64,000 nucleotides of DNA from Candidatus Eiseniibacteriota bacterium. Lineage in GTDB: Bacteria > Eisenbacteria > RBG-16-71-46 > SZUA-252. Positions 24,304 through 33,761 of this stretch are shown here, piece by piece. The translations under genes and the position numbers were made by a program. The stretch covers positions 480,001-544,000 of the forward strand of contig OY969801.1 of assembly GCA_963703225.1 (NCBI GenBank). The letters are read 5' to 3'. The stretch's first letter is position 1, and the number at the start of each line of letters is the position of its first letter. The notes beneath the pieces are model-generated. The model was not told the DNA's origin. It was given only the letters and a program-made list of their open reading frames with translations, and made no database searches.

Positions 24304-25987
24304 ATGTCACAGGTACCTGATCCACCCCACGAGAAGGAATCGACAGCGAGGGATCTGCCCGAGCTGGATCCCCTCGAGCGTCTGAGCCAGGGTCTCACCC
24401 AGTGGGAGCGGGAGATCCTCACGCAGCCGCGCTCCCCTGCGCGCCCGCGCACTTCCTCCGACCTCGAGCGCGTCAACCACGTCCTCCAAGCGAGCCGCCA
24501 GGTTACCGGCACCCTCGACCTGAACGACCTTCTGGCGCGGATCGTCGACGCCGTCGTCCAAATCGCGAGCGCCGATCGCGGTTTCCTCATGCTGATGCGC
24601 GAGGACGGAAAGCTTCAATTCGAAATCGCGCGAAGCCGCGACGAATCGACGCTGCCGCCCGAGGAATTCCAGATCTCGACCGGGATCGCCGAAGATGCGG
24701 CGCACCGCCGGGAGACGGTCTGGGTTCCTGACGCCGTCGGATCGTCGCTCTTCCAGGATCGGAAGAGCGTTCGCGATCTCTCGCTCCGCACGGTCGTCGC
24801 CATTCCGATCCTGAACGCCGGCCGGGTCCTCGGCGTTCTCTACGTCGATTCGCACTCGATCGCGCACGAATTCACGCCCGAGGACATCGCGATCCTCGAA
24901 GGCTTCGCCGCGCAGGTGGCGGTCGCGCTCGAGAACGCGCGCCTCCACGAGCGTCTCAAGGATTCCAAGAATCGGCTCGAGATCGAAAACCTGAACCTGC
25001 GCCGGGCGCTCAAAGAGGAGTCGCGCTACGGAATCCTCGTCGGACGCAGCCCCAAAATGCTCCGGGTCATGGAGCTTTTGGAAAAGGTCATTCCGACCCC
25101 GGTCACGGTGCTGATCCAGGGAGAGACGGGAACCGGCAAGGAGCTCATCGCGCGCGCGATCCACTCGAATGGCCCGCGGCGCGACGCGAATTTCATCGCC
25201 GTCAACTGCGGGGGCCTCCCCGAGACCCTCTTGGAAAGCGAGCTCTTCGGCTACCGGAAGGGCGCGTTCACTGGGGCGAACGAGGATCGGGTGGGGCTCT
25301 TCGAGGCGGCCGACGGCGGGACCCTCTTCCTGGACGAAGTGGGCGAGATGCCCGCGACGCTTCAGGTCAAGCTCCTTCGCGTACTCCAAGATTCGCAAAT
25401 CCGCCGGGTGGGAGACACCGTATCGAGGCGCGTCGACATCCGCCTGGTGACGGCCACCAACCGAGATCTCAAGTCCGAGGTCGACGCGGGACGCTTTCGC
25501 CAGGATCTCTTCTACCGCCTGAACGTCGTACCGATCACGCTCCCGCCGCTTCGGGAGCGGGGCGAGGACGTGCTTCTGCTCGCGCATCATTTCCTCGAGA
25601 TCTTCGCCAAGCAGCAGACCGAAGCAGATCCGGGGCCTGAGCGCGGAGTCGCGGGAGCTCTTGCTCCGGCATCCGTGGATGGGCAACGTGCGCGAGCTGG
25701 AGAACGCCATGGCGCGCGCGGTGGCGCTGGCCGATCCCGGCGCGCTGATCGAGCCGGCCCTCTTCGGGCTCGGCCCGCCGGTGACCCGGCGGTGGGACGG
25801 ACAGCACACGCTGCGCGAGACGATCGACGCCGTCGAGGCGGAGACGATCCGCGAAGCGCTCCGCCAGTGCGACTCCAACGTCTCCAAGGCGGCCCGCGCG
25901 CTCGGGGTCAGCCGGCAGCACCTCCACAATCGGATGAACGCGCACGGCATCCGCCGCTCGCGCATTCTGAGCGAGACGGCCGGGTAG
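24304..25987 (+). CDS. GAF-domain sigma54-dependent activator (bEBP) with Fis HTH; frameshift near 25620
   Basis: GAF region, GETGTGKE, ESELFG, GAFTGA, FLDEVGE, RQDLFYRL; WMGNVRELEN and HTH continue in frame 25661..25987. Confidence 0.88.
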
Positions 25988-26985
25988 TGTCGGACGTCGC
26001 CACGCGGCGACTGGCGTCGCTCCGCGCAATCCTCATGCAGAGCGACGCGGAGATCCGCGCGCAGTTCCCCGAATATTTCCTCACCTACTACACCTACCTC
26101 CGCATCATTCGAAACCCGGCGCGGATCGAGCATGTGTTCCAGAAATGCAGGGAGATGTACGAGTATCTCGAGGCCGAAGGGAAGGACGTCCTCGACCTGG
26201 GTGCGGGATTTGGCATCGAGGCGCTACTCGTCGCGATCTACGGAGCACGGAAGGTCATCGCCACCGAGATCGACCACGACATGGTTGCGGTCGGGACCTA
26301 TCTGGCCGAGAAGGTGGACCCGCCGGTCACCCACTTCGAGTCGCGCTACGGAGACGGGATCGGGATGGAATTTCCGGGCGCCTCGTTCGACGGCGTCATG
26401 GCGAACTGCGTGATCTCGCACGTGCGCGACCTGGAGGGCTTCCTGAAGGAGGCGCACCGGCTGCTCCGCCCGGGAGGCATCTTCTTCCTGAGCGATGAGA
26501 ACAACTCGCTCTACCTGCCGGCGCGGGGGCGCCGCCGTCGGGGCTGGCGGAGGATGGAACGGGAGCCAGACGGTCCGTATTTCGCGGCGCGGCGGGCCAT
26601 GATCGGCGAGCACTTTCCACAAATTTCCTCCAACCAGCTCCTCGAGGCCGCCCGGCTGACGCGGGGGCTCGTCGGCGAGGAGGTGCAAGCCGGCGTGCGA
26701 GAGCTGCTCGAAACAGGCCGCGTGACCGGGCGACCGGGGTTCGCCTACCGGGATCCTCGGGATGGGCAGTATCCGGAGCGGGAGCTGAATCCGTTCTGGA
26801 TGATGCGGAAATTCCGGGACGCGGGTCTCGACCCCGAGCTGCTCCCGGCGTTCCTCTCGCGCGGAATCGAGGTTCATCCCCGTCAGTGGATCAAGGATGT
26901 CCTCCGCTTCTTCTGCGAGCGGTGGCCGACGCTTTCCGTCTACGTTTGGCCGATCATGAGGATCCGAGGGCGAAAAGCCCGTTGA
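25987..26985 (+). CDS. Class I SAM-dependent methyltransferase
   Basis: VLDLGAGFG, SFDGV....VISHV, LLRPGG; GTG start overlaps the bEBP stop (ATG26035 is an alternative). Confidence 0.8.
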   Translation: MSDVATRRLASLRAILMQSDAEIRAQFPEYFLTYYTYLRIIRNPARIEHVFQKCREMYEYLEAEGKDVLDLGAGFGIEALLVAIYGARKVIATEIDHDMVAVGTYLAEKVDPPVTHFESRYGDGIGMEFPGASFDGVMANCVISHVRDLEGFLKEAHRLLRPGGIFFLSDENNSLYLPARGRRRRGWRRMEREPDGPYFAARRAMIGEHFPQISSNQLLEAARLTRGLVGEEVQAGVRELLETGRVTGRPGFAYRDPRDGQYPERELNPFWMMRKFRDAGLDPELLPAFLSRGIEVHPRQWIKDVLRFFCERWPTLSVYVWPIMRIRGRKAR

Positions 26986-27011
26986 CACCCGCCGCAAGGC
27001 TCACCTAGGCT
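26982..27011 (+). promoter_or_regulatory. sigma70-type promoter, apparently leaderless, for the four-gene membrane operon
   Basis: TTGACA-18 bp-TAGGCT ending 8 nt before GTG27020. Confidence 0.6.
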
Positions 27012-27019
27012 CCGCCTTC

Positions 27020-28210
27020 GTGAGATTGGCGACCGGAGTCACCCTCCTCGCAATTCTCCTCGCGGCGCGAGTCTCCGGTGCCGCGCCGTCCGGCAGTTTG
27101 CCACCGCCTCCGCCCGAGATTCCCGCGCCGACTTCCTTCCTCGCGGTGGACCGCCCGGGCGATACCGGGAACGCGATCCTCCTGACGTGGAAGGATCCTG
27201 CCGACCTGCCCCAGGGCGCGGTCCTCGAAATCAGGCGCGCCGATCCACCCGCGTACGAGTGGACCGCGCTGAGCCGGGTTCAACCGGGGGTGGGCCGTTA
27301 CGTCGACAGCTCGGCGAAGGACGGATCGGACTATCGATACGAGCTCCGCGTGCGCGTCCCGGACGCGCCCGACTCCACGGGGATCGCGGGCGTCGCGGGA
27401 CCCGCCGTGTTGAGCGAATCGGTAGGCTCCCACGACAACTGGTTCCGAGGGGAGCGGACCAATTCGATGATCGCGAACGTCCTTTTCATCGCGATTATTC
27501 TCATCTCCATCGCCGTCGCGAAATCCGGAAAGAACATCTTCATCCGACGGATCGCCGGATTGAACGCGGTGGACGAGGCGATCGGCCGCGCCACCGAGGT
27601 CGGGAAGAAGGTCCTGTACATCCCCGGCATCCAGAGCATGGACGACATCCAGACGGTGGCTTCGATCGCGATCCTGAGCCACGTGGCGCGCGCCACCGCC
27701 CGCTACGGCGCCGACCTCGAGGTCCCGAACAAGGACCCGCTCACGTTCGTCTCCGCGCGCGAGGTGGTCCGCGCCGCCTACCTCACCGAGGGCCGGCCCG
27801 ACCTCTTCCGCGAGGAGATGGTCAACTACGTCACCTACGATCAGTTCGCCTACACGGCTGCGGTCTCGGCGAAGATGATCCGCGAGCGTCCCGCGGCGAT
27901 CTTCTTGATCGGATATTTCTTCGCGGAGTCGCTGATCCTGGCCGAGACCGGACAGTCCACCGGCGCCATCCAGATCGCCGGGCAGGCGGACCCTTCGCAG
28001 CTTCCCTTCTTCGTCGCCACCTGCGACTACACGCTGATCGGCGAGGAGCTCTACGCGGCCGGCGCCTACCTCACGCGGGAGCCGGTTCTCCTCGGATCGA
28101 TGCGGGGGCAGGACATCGCGAAGGCGATTCTCCTGGCGCTCGGGGTCATCGGGATCGCGCTCTCGAGCTTCGGCGTGCGCGGTCTGGTGGAGATGCTGAA
28201 AACCCAATGA
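27020..28210 (+). CDS. Membrane-anchored protein with signal peptide, FN3-like domain and DUF6754-type domain
   Basis: Signal peptide; D.PGDTG.AI.LTW...Y.YEL FN3-like segment; TM; IRRIAGL.A.DEAIGRATE.GK, FFAESLILAE.G, QIAG, QLPFFVATCDY.LIGEELYAAGAYL; C-terminal TM. Family name recalled, not searched. Confidence 0.75.
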   Translation: MRLATGVTLLAILLAARVSGAAPSGSLPPPPPEIPAPTSFLAVDRPGDTGNAILLTWKDPADLPQGAVLEIRRADPPAYEWTALSRVQPGVGRYVDSSAKDGSDYRYELRVRVPDAPDSTGIAGVAGPAVLSESVGSHDNWFRGERTNSMIANVLFIAIILISIAVAKSGKNIFIRRIAGLNAVDEAIGRATEVGKKVLYIPGIQSMDDIQTVASIAILSHVARATARYGADLEVPNKDPLTFVSAREVVRAAYLTEGRPDLFREEMVNYVTYDQFAYTAAVSAKMIRERPAAIFLIGYFFAESLILAETGQSTGAIQIAGQADPSQLPFFVATCDYTLIGEELYAAGAYLTREPVLLGSMRGQDIAKAILLALGVIGIALSSFGVRGLVEMLKTQ

Positions 28211-29007
28211 ACCTCGAATTCGGCCGGGTCACGCTGGTCATCCTGTTCGCCCTGGTCCCCATCCTCGGCATCTTGCTGGGGCTCAGGTCTCCGGGGCTTC
28301 GAAGCAAGATCCCGATCTTCGTGGGGTTTTTCGCGGGATTGATCCCGGTTCTCTCCCTCTACATCCCCAAGAGGTTCCTGTCGGGGCAGACCGGCATGAG
28401 CCCTCGGCTGGACCAGTGGCTCATCATCGTGGCGGGCTTCGCGCTCCTGCTCGGGGTCGTGAACGTGCTCCAAAACAACTTCCGCAAGATCGCCCGCCGG
28501 GAGAAGGGCTGGGTCTACTCGGTGGTTCTCCTGATCGGTCTCTTCGTGACGGGTGGATTCGGGATCTACGGTGCTCTCTCGGGGCAGGGGATCGCGTTTG
28601 CGCCCGACGGCTCGCCGACGCCGTTCAAGTACATGGCCGATTGGTTCTTTCAACCGCTCCAGGCGACGATTTTTTCACTGCTCGCCTTCTTCATGGCGAG
28701 CGCGGCGTTCCGGGCGTTCCGCGCACGAAATACCGAGGCGACGATACTTCTGATCGCGGCCGGCCTCGTCATGATGGGTCGCGTCCCCATCTTGGAATTT
28801 CTCGCGACTCCGTTCGCCGCGATACAGCCGACGGCGGCCGCCGCGAGCCAGGGGTTGGGTAAGCTGACCGAGTGGATCATGAACACGCCGAACGGGGCCG
28901 CGCAGTCGGGGATCATCATCGGCGCCGCGCTCGGGGCGGCGTCGATGGCGATCCGGGTCATCCTCGGAATCGAGCGGGGCTACTTGGGATTGGGGAAGGG
29001 GGAATAA
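28207..29007 (+). CDS. Uncharacterised integral membrane protein (about 6-7 TM)
   Basis: ATGA-coupled start; PLQATIFSLLAFFMASAAFRAFRARN.EA, C-terminal GIIIGAALG.....RVILGIER.YL. Confidence 0.75.
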   Translation: MNLEFGRVTLVILFALVPILGILLGLRSPGLRSKIPIFVGFFAGLIPVLSLYIPKRFLSGQTGMSPRLDQWLIIVAGFALLLGVVNVLQNNFRKIARREKGWVYSVVLLIGLFVTGGFGIYGALSGQGIAFAPDGSPTPFKYMADWFFQPLQATIFSLLAFFMASAAFRAFRARNTEATILLIAAGLVMMGRVPILEFLATPFAAIQPTAAAASQGLGKLTEWIMNTPNGAAQSGIIIGAALGAASMAIRVILGIERGYLGLGKGE

Positions 29008-29008
29008 C

Positions 29009-29884
29009 GTGGCCGGCCTGATCGAGCGGATGCTCCAGCTGGATCGCCGGTGGATCTTCCTCCTCACGCTCTTGAGCGTCACGATCCCGATCATCGTCCC
29101 GATCGGCTTGCCGGTGTCCACGACCCAGTCGACCCGATCGGCCTTCGAGTTCATCGAGACGCTCCGGGAAGGGGATATCGTCTGGATCTCCTTCGACTAC
29201 GGCCCCTCGTCGGCGCCCGAGAACGACCCGATGGCCGAGGCGGTGATGCGCCAGTGCGCCCAGAAGAAAGTCCGCTTTGTCGTGAGCTCGCTGTACGCGC
29301 TCGGGGGACTCGGCCTCGCCAACAACGCGGTCGCGAAGATCGCCGCCGAGTACCCTGGACTTCGGTACGGGGTTGACTACATCAACCTGGGGTACAAGGA
29401 CGGGGCCGCCGCGGTGATGCGCCGCCTCGGAGAAGACATCGCGGGCGCGTTCCCGACCGACGTGAGCGGGAAGCCGCTCGCGGAGTTTCCGATCATGCAA
29501 GGTCTCCACAGCATCCGCCAGACGAAGGTCGTCGTCACCGTCGCGACGGGCATCATCGGGGAATGGTGGATTACCCAGGTGCACCCGCAGACGGGGGTTC
29601 CGGTCATCATCGGGCCGACCGCGGTGAGCGCGCCCAAGTACTACGCGTTTCTCAACGCGGGGCAGCTCGTCGGCATGCTGGGCGGCATGAAGGGGGCTGC
29701 GGAATACGAGAAATTGCTCCGCGCCCGGTACCCGAAGCTTGCGAAGTTCTACCAGACCACGCACGCGTTTACCGCGACCAAAGGAATGGACGGCCAGACC
29801 GTCCTCCACACGGTGATCCTCGTCCTGATTCTGCTTGGAAATCTTGCCTTCATGAAGCAGCGCGCGTCAAAGGCCAAGGCGTAG
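29009..29884 (+). CDS. Uncharacterised membrane-anchored alpha/beta protein
   Basis: N-terminal DRRWIF + TM, soluble core FDYGPSSAPE..PM, YGVDYINLGYKDG, GQLVGMLGGMKGAAEYE, C-terminal TM. Confidence 0.75.
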   Translation: MAGLIERMLQLDRRWIFLLTLLSVTIPIIVPIGLPVSTTQSTRSAFEFIETLREGDIVWISFDYGPSSAPENDPMAEAVMRQCAQKKVRFVVSSLYALGGLGLANNAVAKIAAEYPGLRYGVDYINLGYKDGAAAVMRRLGEDIAGAFPTDVSGKPLAEFPIMQGLHSIRQTKVVVTVATGIIGEWWITQVHPQTGVPVIIGPTAVSAPKYYAFLNAGQLVGMLGGMKGAAEYEKLLRARYPKLAKFYQTTHAFTATKGMDGQTVLHTVILVLILLGNLAFMKQRASKAKA

Positions 29885-29887
29885 CGC

Positions 29888-30520
29888 ATGCACTCACCCG
29901 TGATCGGCGTCTGGATCGCAGCCTTCCTGACGATTGCCTGCCTCTCGTTCCTCTACAAGGACAACCCGTTCTTCCGCTTCGCCGAGAGCCTTTTCGCCGG
30001 CGTCTCGCTGGGCTACTACGTCGCGATCGTGCTCGACCAGACGGTCATGCCGAATCTGATCGCACCGATGCGGGAGAACTTCAACCAGAACTGGGACCTG
30101 CTCGTGCCGGGATTGTTGGGCGTGCTTCTCTACATGCGCTACGTGGCGAAGATCGGGTGGGTCTCGCGCTACGCGCTGGCGATCTACGTGACCTACTACA
30201 TCGGCGTGGAGTTCACTCGGAAGGTGCACGGGGAGGTGTTGCCGCAGCTGGCGCGGGCCATCCAACCGCTCGCGGGCCTGGATCGCGCGACGCTCTTCAC
30301 GTTCGTCTACATCGTGGGGGTCTTCAGCGTCCTGGTTTACTTCTTCTTCTCGAAGGAGCAGGGGCCCGTCACCAAGCGGATCGCGCGCCTCGGGGTCTGG
30401 TTCCTGATGATCTCCTTCGGCGCCGCGTTCGGTTTCACCGTGATGGGGCGCGTCGCGCTCCTCATCGGCCGGCTCAACTTCCTAATTTTGGATTGGATCT
30501 ATCCGATTCTGGGAGTTTGA
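29888..30520 (+). CDS. Uncharacterised integral membrane protein (about 6 TM)
   Basis: SFLYKDNPFFRFAE.LF.G, YFFFS, G.WFLMISFGAAFGFTVMGR..LLIGR. Confidence 0.75.
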   Translation: MHSPVIGVWIAAFLTIACLSFLYKDNPFFRFAESLFAGVSLGYYVAIVLDQTVMPNLIAPMRENFNQNWDLLVPGLLGVLLYMRYVAKIGWVSRYALAIYVTYYIGVEFTRKVHGEVLPQLARAIQPLAGLDRATLFTFVYIVGVFSVLVYFFFSKEQGPVTKRIARLGVWFLMISFGAAFGFTVMGRVALLIGRLNFLILDWIYPILGV

Positions 30521-31298
30521 GCATCGGCACGTCGTTGGGGTTCGCCCCCAACGGTTCGGTCTCCAGCGGCTCCACCATCGGTTTCGTTCCCGCGTCCGCC
30601 CCTGTCTCGCCCGCGGCGCCGCTTGAAGCCTTGAAGTTGACCATCGGCACGGTCGTGCGGTTTCCGGCCGGGTAGTCGACGGTCACGACGTCCTTGAGCG
30701 CCGCGATCCGATGCGTGAGCCCGGCGATCGTCTCCGTGGCCGCCCGGATGCGGGCCACCTTGTCGCGCGTCTCGGGCGGAAGGCCCGGATGGACGAAGAG
30801 AAGCTGCGCGTTCCCCTGAATCACTTGGAGCGGGTTGTTGATCTCGTGGTTCAGGGCGACGGCCATGGCCGAGACCGCCTTCATCCGCTCCGCGCGGAGC
30901 CGCTCCTCGGAGGCCTGGTTCACGGCGAGCGCGTTTCGGACCTTGATCGGTAGCTGAAACCGGATGTCCCACTCGGTGAGGGGCTTCATGAAGTAGTCGG
31001 CGGCGCCCAGCGTGAGGCTCCGCTCCACGTCCTCGGGGGCCGTGGAAGCGCTCGCGACGATGACCGGAATATCGCGCAGCCGGTCGCTCTTCTTCACCGC
31101 GAGCAGGATGTCGAACCCGTTGGGGGACGGCATCATCAGGTCCAGAAGGATGAGATCGATCCGCTCCTTCTGGAGGATCTCCAGCGCCTGGGTTCCGTTC
31201 TCCGCCTCGGAGAACGCGTACTCGCCCTGGCGCAGCACCATGCGCAGGAGCTTCCGGTTATGGGCTTCGTCGTCAACGACGAGCAGACGGTGCGTCAT
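30474..31298 (-). CDS. Response regulator with C-terminal HisKA/DHp-like segment and no ATPase domain
   Basis: LVVDD, LLDLMMP, YFMKP receiver, then ALNHEINNPL H-box; protein ends without N/G boxes. Confidence 0.85.
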   Translation of the reverse strand: MTHRLLVVDDEAHNRKLLRMVLRQGEYAFSEAENGTQALEILQKERIDLILLDLMMPSPNGFDILLAVKKSDRLRDIPVIVASASTAPEDVERSLTLGAADYFMKPLTEWDIRFQLPIKVRNALAVNQASEERLRAERMKAVSAMAVALNHEINNPLQVIQGNAQLLFVHPGLPPETRDKVARIRAATETIAGLTHRIAALKDVVTVDYPAGNRTTVPMVNFKASSGAAGETGADAGTKPMVEPLETEPLGANPNDVPMLKLPESDRSNPKLGS

Positions 31299-31701
31299 GT
31301 GCCTTCTTCTCGAGTAGCGCGCGGATCCGCGCGATGAGCTCGTCCGCGCTCACGATCGGTTTGGAGATGTAGTCGTCGGCCCCCGAATCTTGCAAGAACC
31401 GCTCCCTCGATCCCTTCATGGCGTGCGCGGTGGCGAGGAGGATCGGGATCCCCTTCGTCTTCGGATTGGCGCGGAGGCGGCGACAGATTTCCAGGCCGTC
31501 GACGGGGACGCCGTCCCACAGGCTGTTCGAGAGAGACACGTCCATGATGATCAAGTCGGCCGCCCCCGATTCAATCCGAGCTTGGACGTGCGCGGGATCC
31601 TCCGTCACCTCCACCTCGAACTGCGCCGCGCGAGTGAGGATGAGCTGGAAGAGCTTCGCGTTCATCGGATCGTCCTCGACCACCAGGATTCGCGTCGCCA
31701 T
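31273..31701 (-). CDS. Single-domain response regulator (DivK/CheY-like)
   Basis: LVVEDD, IMDVSL, TAHAMKG, YISKP. Confidence 0.9.
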   Translation of the reverse strand: MATRILVVEDDPMNAKLFQLILTRAAQFEVEVTEDPAHVQARIESGAADLIIMDVSLSNSLWDGVPVDGLEICRRLRANPKTKGIPILLATAHAMKGSRERFLQDSGADDYISKPIVSADELIARIRALLEKKAHDAPSARR

Positions 31702-31707
31702 CGCTCT

Positions 31708-33618
31708 TCACTCCGCTCCTGAGAGAGAACCGATCGGGGCCGGAAAGCCCAGGGTCACCCGCGTCCCGCGGTTCAGCCCTTCGCTCTCCACGGCGATCGT
31801 GCCGCCCATGTTCCGGACCAGGGCCAACGTGATCGCGAGGCCGAGGCCCGTTCCCGTGTGACGCCGGCTGTACGACGAATCCGCCTGCGCGAACTTGGTG
31901 AAGAGCCGGGCTTGCCGCTCCGGCGGGATGCCGACCCCGGTATCGTCGATCACGACCCGGGCCTCATCCGTCGCGCCGTCGCGCCACGCGCGGACCCTCA
32001 CCTCTCCTTTGTCGGTAAACTTCACCGCGTTCCCAAGCAAGTTCAGCATCACCTGCCGCATCCGGGACGGATCGAGGGCCACGTGAAGGGGCTCCATCGG
32101 CAAGTCCACCAAGAGGTTGAGGCCCTTCTTGGTCGCGATGGGTCCCACCGCCTCCACCGCGCCCTGGATGGCCGGCCGGAGGTCCCCCGGCATGAGGTGG
32201 AGCTCGAACCGTCCGGCGGCGACCTTGGCCAAGTCGAGCAGGTCGTTGATCACCCCCAATAGGTGCTGCGCGGCCTCGCGGATGGATCGCGCGAAATCTC
32301 GCCCCTCTTCCACGGTGCTCTGCGCGCTGCTCTCGAGGAGCGTCGCGAACCCGATCACCGCGTTGAGGGGGGTCCTGAGCTCATGTGAGACGTTCGCCAG
32401 GTATTCGTTCTGAAGCCGCTGCGCTTCCTCCAACCCTCGATTGGCGCGCTGGAGGGCTTCGTTCAGATGCGCCAGTTCCTCGCCCCGCCGCTTCTGCTCC
32501 TGTTCCAGCTCGCGGCGCTCGGTGACATCCCGGCCCACCAAGACCATCGCCGAGAGCGCGCCGCCGCGATCGGTGGCGGGGGAAAGGCGTACCTCCGCGG
32601 GGAAGCGGGATCCATCGCCGCGCAGAAACCAGATGACGCCGGCGTACTCCCCGGTCGACCGCGCCAGATCGAAGAGCGCGCTGTCCGCGGGCGCTGGCTG
32701 ATCGAGGATGGCCAGCTGATCCAGCCGGCCCCCGATGAGAGCGCCGGGAGGGGTGCCGAGGGCCGCCTCGGCGGCGGCATTCGCGTGGGTGATCTCCCCG
32801 GACAGATCGAGGCCGAGGAGGATCTCCCCCGTGCTCATCATGAACGACGCGAGGATTTGATCCCGCCGCTCCAAGCGCAATCGCTTGAGCCCCGAGGAGA
32901 GCTGCGCCGCGATCCAGCGCAGCAGCGTGCCGCGCTCGGATCCGAGCGCGGCGCCGCTCGGAAGAAAGCACTGGAGCACCGCGGGGAGGTCGCCCTGGTC
33001 CCCGACCGGGATCGAGACCACGACGGGGCTCGGGCCCAACCCCTCCGTCCGCTGGGGAAACTGCCAATCCGGGACCGACCCGGAGCCCTGAGCGGTCTGG
33101 ACTTCGCCGAGCCACGCCGCGCGGCTTGCCGGCGAGCGGGCTTCGGGCCCCACGGCGTCGGGCCTCAATTCGATGGCTGCCCCTTCCGGCAGCCCCCTCA
33201 GGGCCGCGAGCGCGAACTCTCCTCGACCGTCCCGCTGAAGGTAGATCGCCCAATGAGGGATTCCCGTCCCCTGGGCGATCGCTTCGAGAGCCTGGCGGAT
33301 CAGCTCATCCTCGCGGTCGGCGCGCGCCAGCGTTTCCCCGACCCGGTAGATGCTGAGCTGAGCCTGGAGCGAGTGGCGACGCTCGATTTCACTCCTGCGC
33401 CCGCGAAAGCGATGGTGGGCGAGAAGCGCGAAGAGAGGCGTCGCCGCGGCGCCAACCCAGGGTGCGCCCGCCCACCAGGCGACGGCCGTGGTCGAGAGCG
33501 CGAGGAGAAGCGCGACGGCCACGGCGTCGAGCGCGGCGCCTCGGACGAGGCCGGCGCGGTCGGCAGCGAGCGTCACCGGCTGCTCCTGGACTGCCGCCTT
33601 GGGCTTCAAAGGGTTCAC
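31708..33618 (-). CDS. Membrane sensor histidine kinase (TM-GAF-like-PAS-HisKA-HATPase)
   Basis: Two TMs, PAS/PAC (RGDGSRFP, GRDVTERR), SHELRTPL, NLLGNAVKFT, DTGVGI, GTGLGL; start GTG33618 inferred. Confidence 0.9.
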   Translation of the reverse strand: MNPLKPKAAVQEQPVTLAADRAGLVRGAALDAVAVALLLALSTTAVAWWAGAPWVGAAATPLFALLAHHRFRGRRSEIERRHSLQAQLSIYRVGETLARADREDELIRQALEAIAQGTGIPHWAIYLQRDGRGEFALAALRGLPEGAAIELRPDAVGPEARSPASRAAWLGEVQTAQGSGSVPDWQFPQRTEGLGPSPVVVSIPVGDQGDLPAVLQCFLPSGAALGSERGTLLRWIAAQLSSGLKRLRLERRDQILASFMMSTGEILLGLDLSGEITHANAAAEAALGTPPGALIGGRLDQLAILDQPAPADSALFDLARSTGEYAGVIWFLRGDGSRFPAEVRLSPATDRGGALSAMVLVGRDVTERRELEQEQKRRGEELAHLNEALQRANRGLEEAQRLQNEYLANVSHELRTPLNAVIGFATLLESSAQSTVEEGRDFARSIREAAQHLLGVINDLLDLAKVAAGRFELHLMPGDLRPAIQGAVEAVGPIATKKGLNLLVDLPMEPLHVALDPSRMRQVMLNLLGNAVKFTDKGEVRVRAWRDGATDEARVVIDDTGVGIPPERQARLFTKFAQADSSYSRRHTGTGLGLAITLALVRNMGGTIAVESEGLNRGTRVTLGFPAPIGSLSGAE

Positions 33619-33660
33619 GGCCAAGACCCCCCGCTGACAACGTGGGACAGATTGGCCGGA

Positions 33661-33688
33661 ATATCGGCACACTGGAGTTGGAACTGGA
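33661..33688 (-). promoter_or_regulatory. sigma28/FliA-like promoter candidate for the kinase operon
   Basis: Minus strand TCCAG-15 bp-GCCGATAT about 40 nt upstream of the kinase start. Confidence 0.4.
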
Positions 33689-33761
33689 GTCCGGCGGGAT
33701 GGTTTTTGAAAGCAGAGCTTCCCGGTAGCGTTCGAAACCACAAGGAATTATCATCTCGACC

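Noticed and set aside
24304..26985. Apparent 893-aa sigma54 activator-methyltransferase fusion
   Set aside because: A frameshift near 25620 diverts the frame. The true activator C-terminus (WMGNVRELEN, HTH) is in frame 25661..25987 and the apparent linker is non-protein-like.
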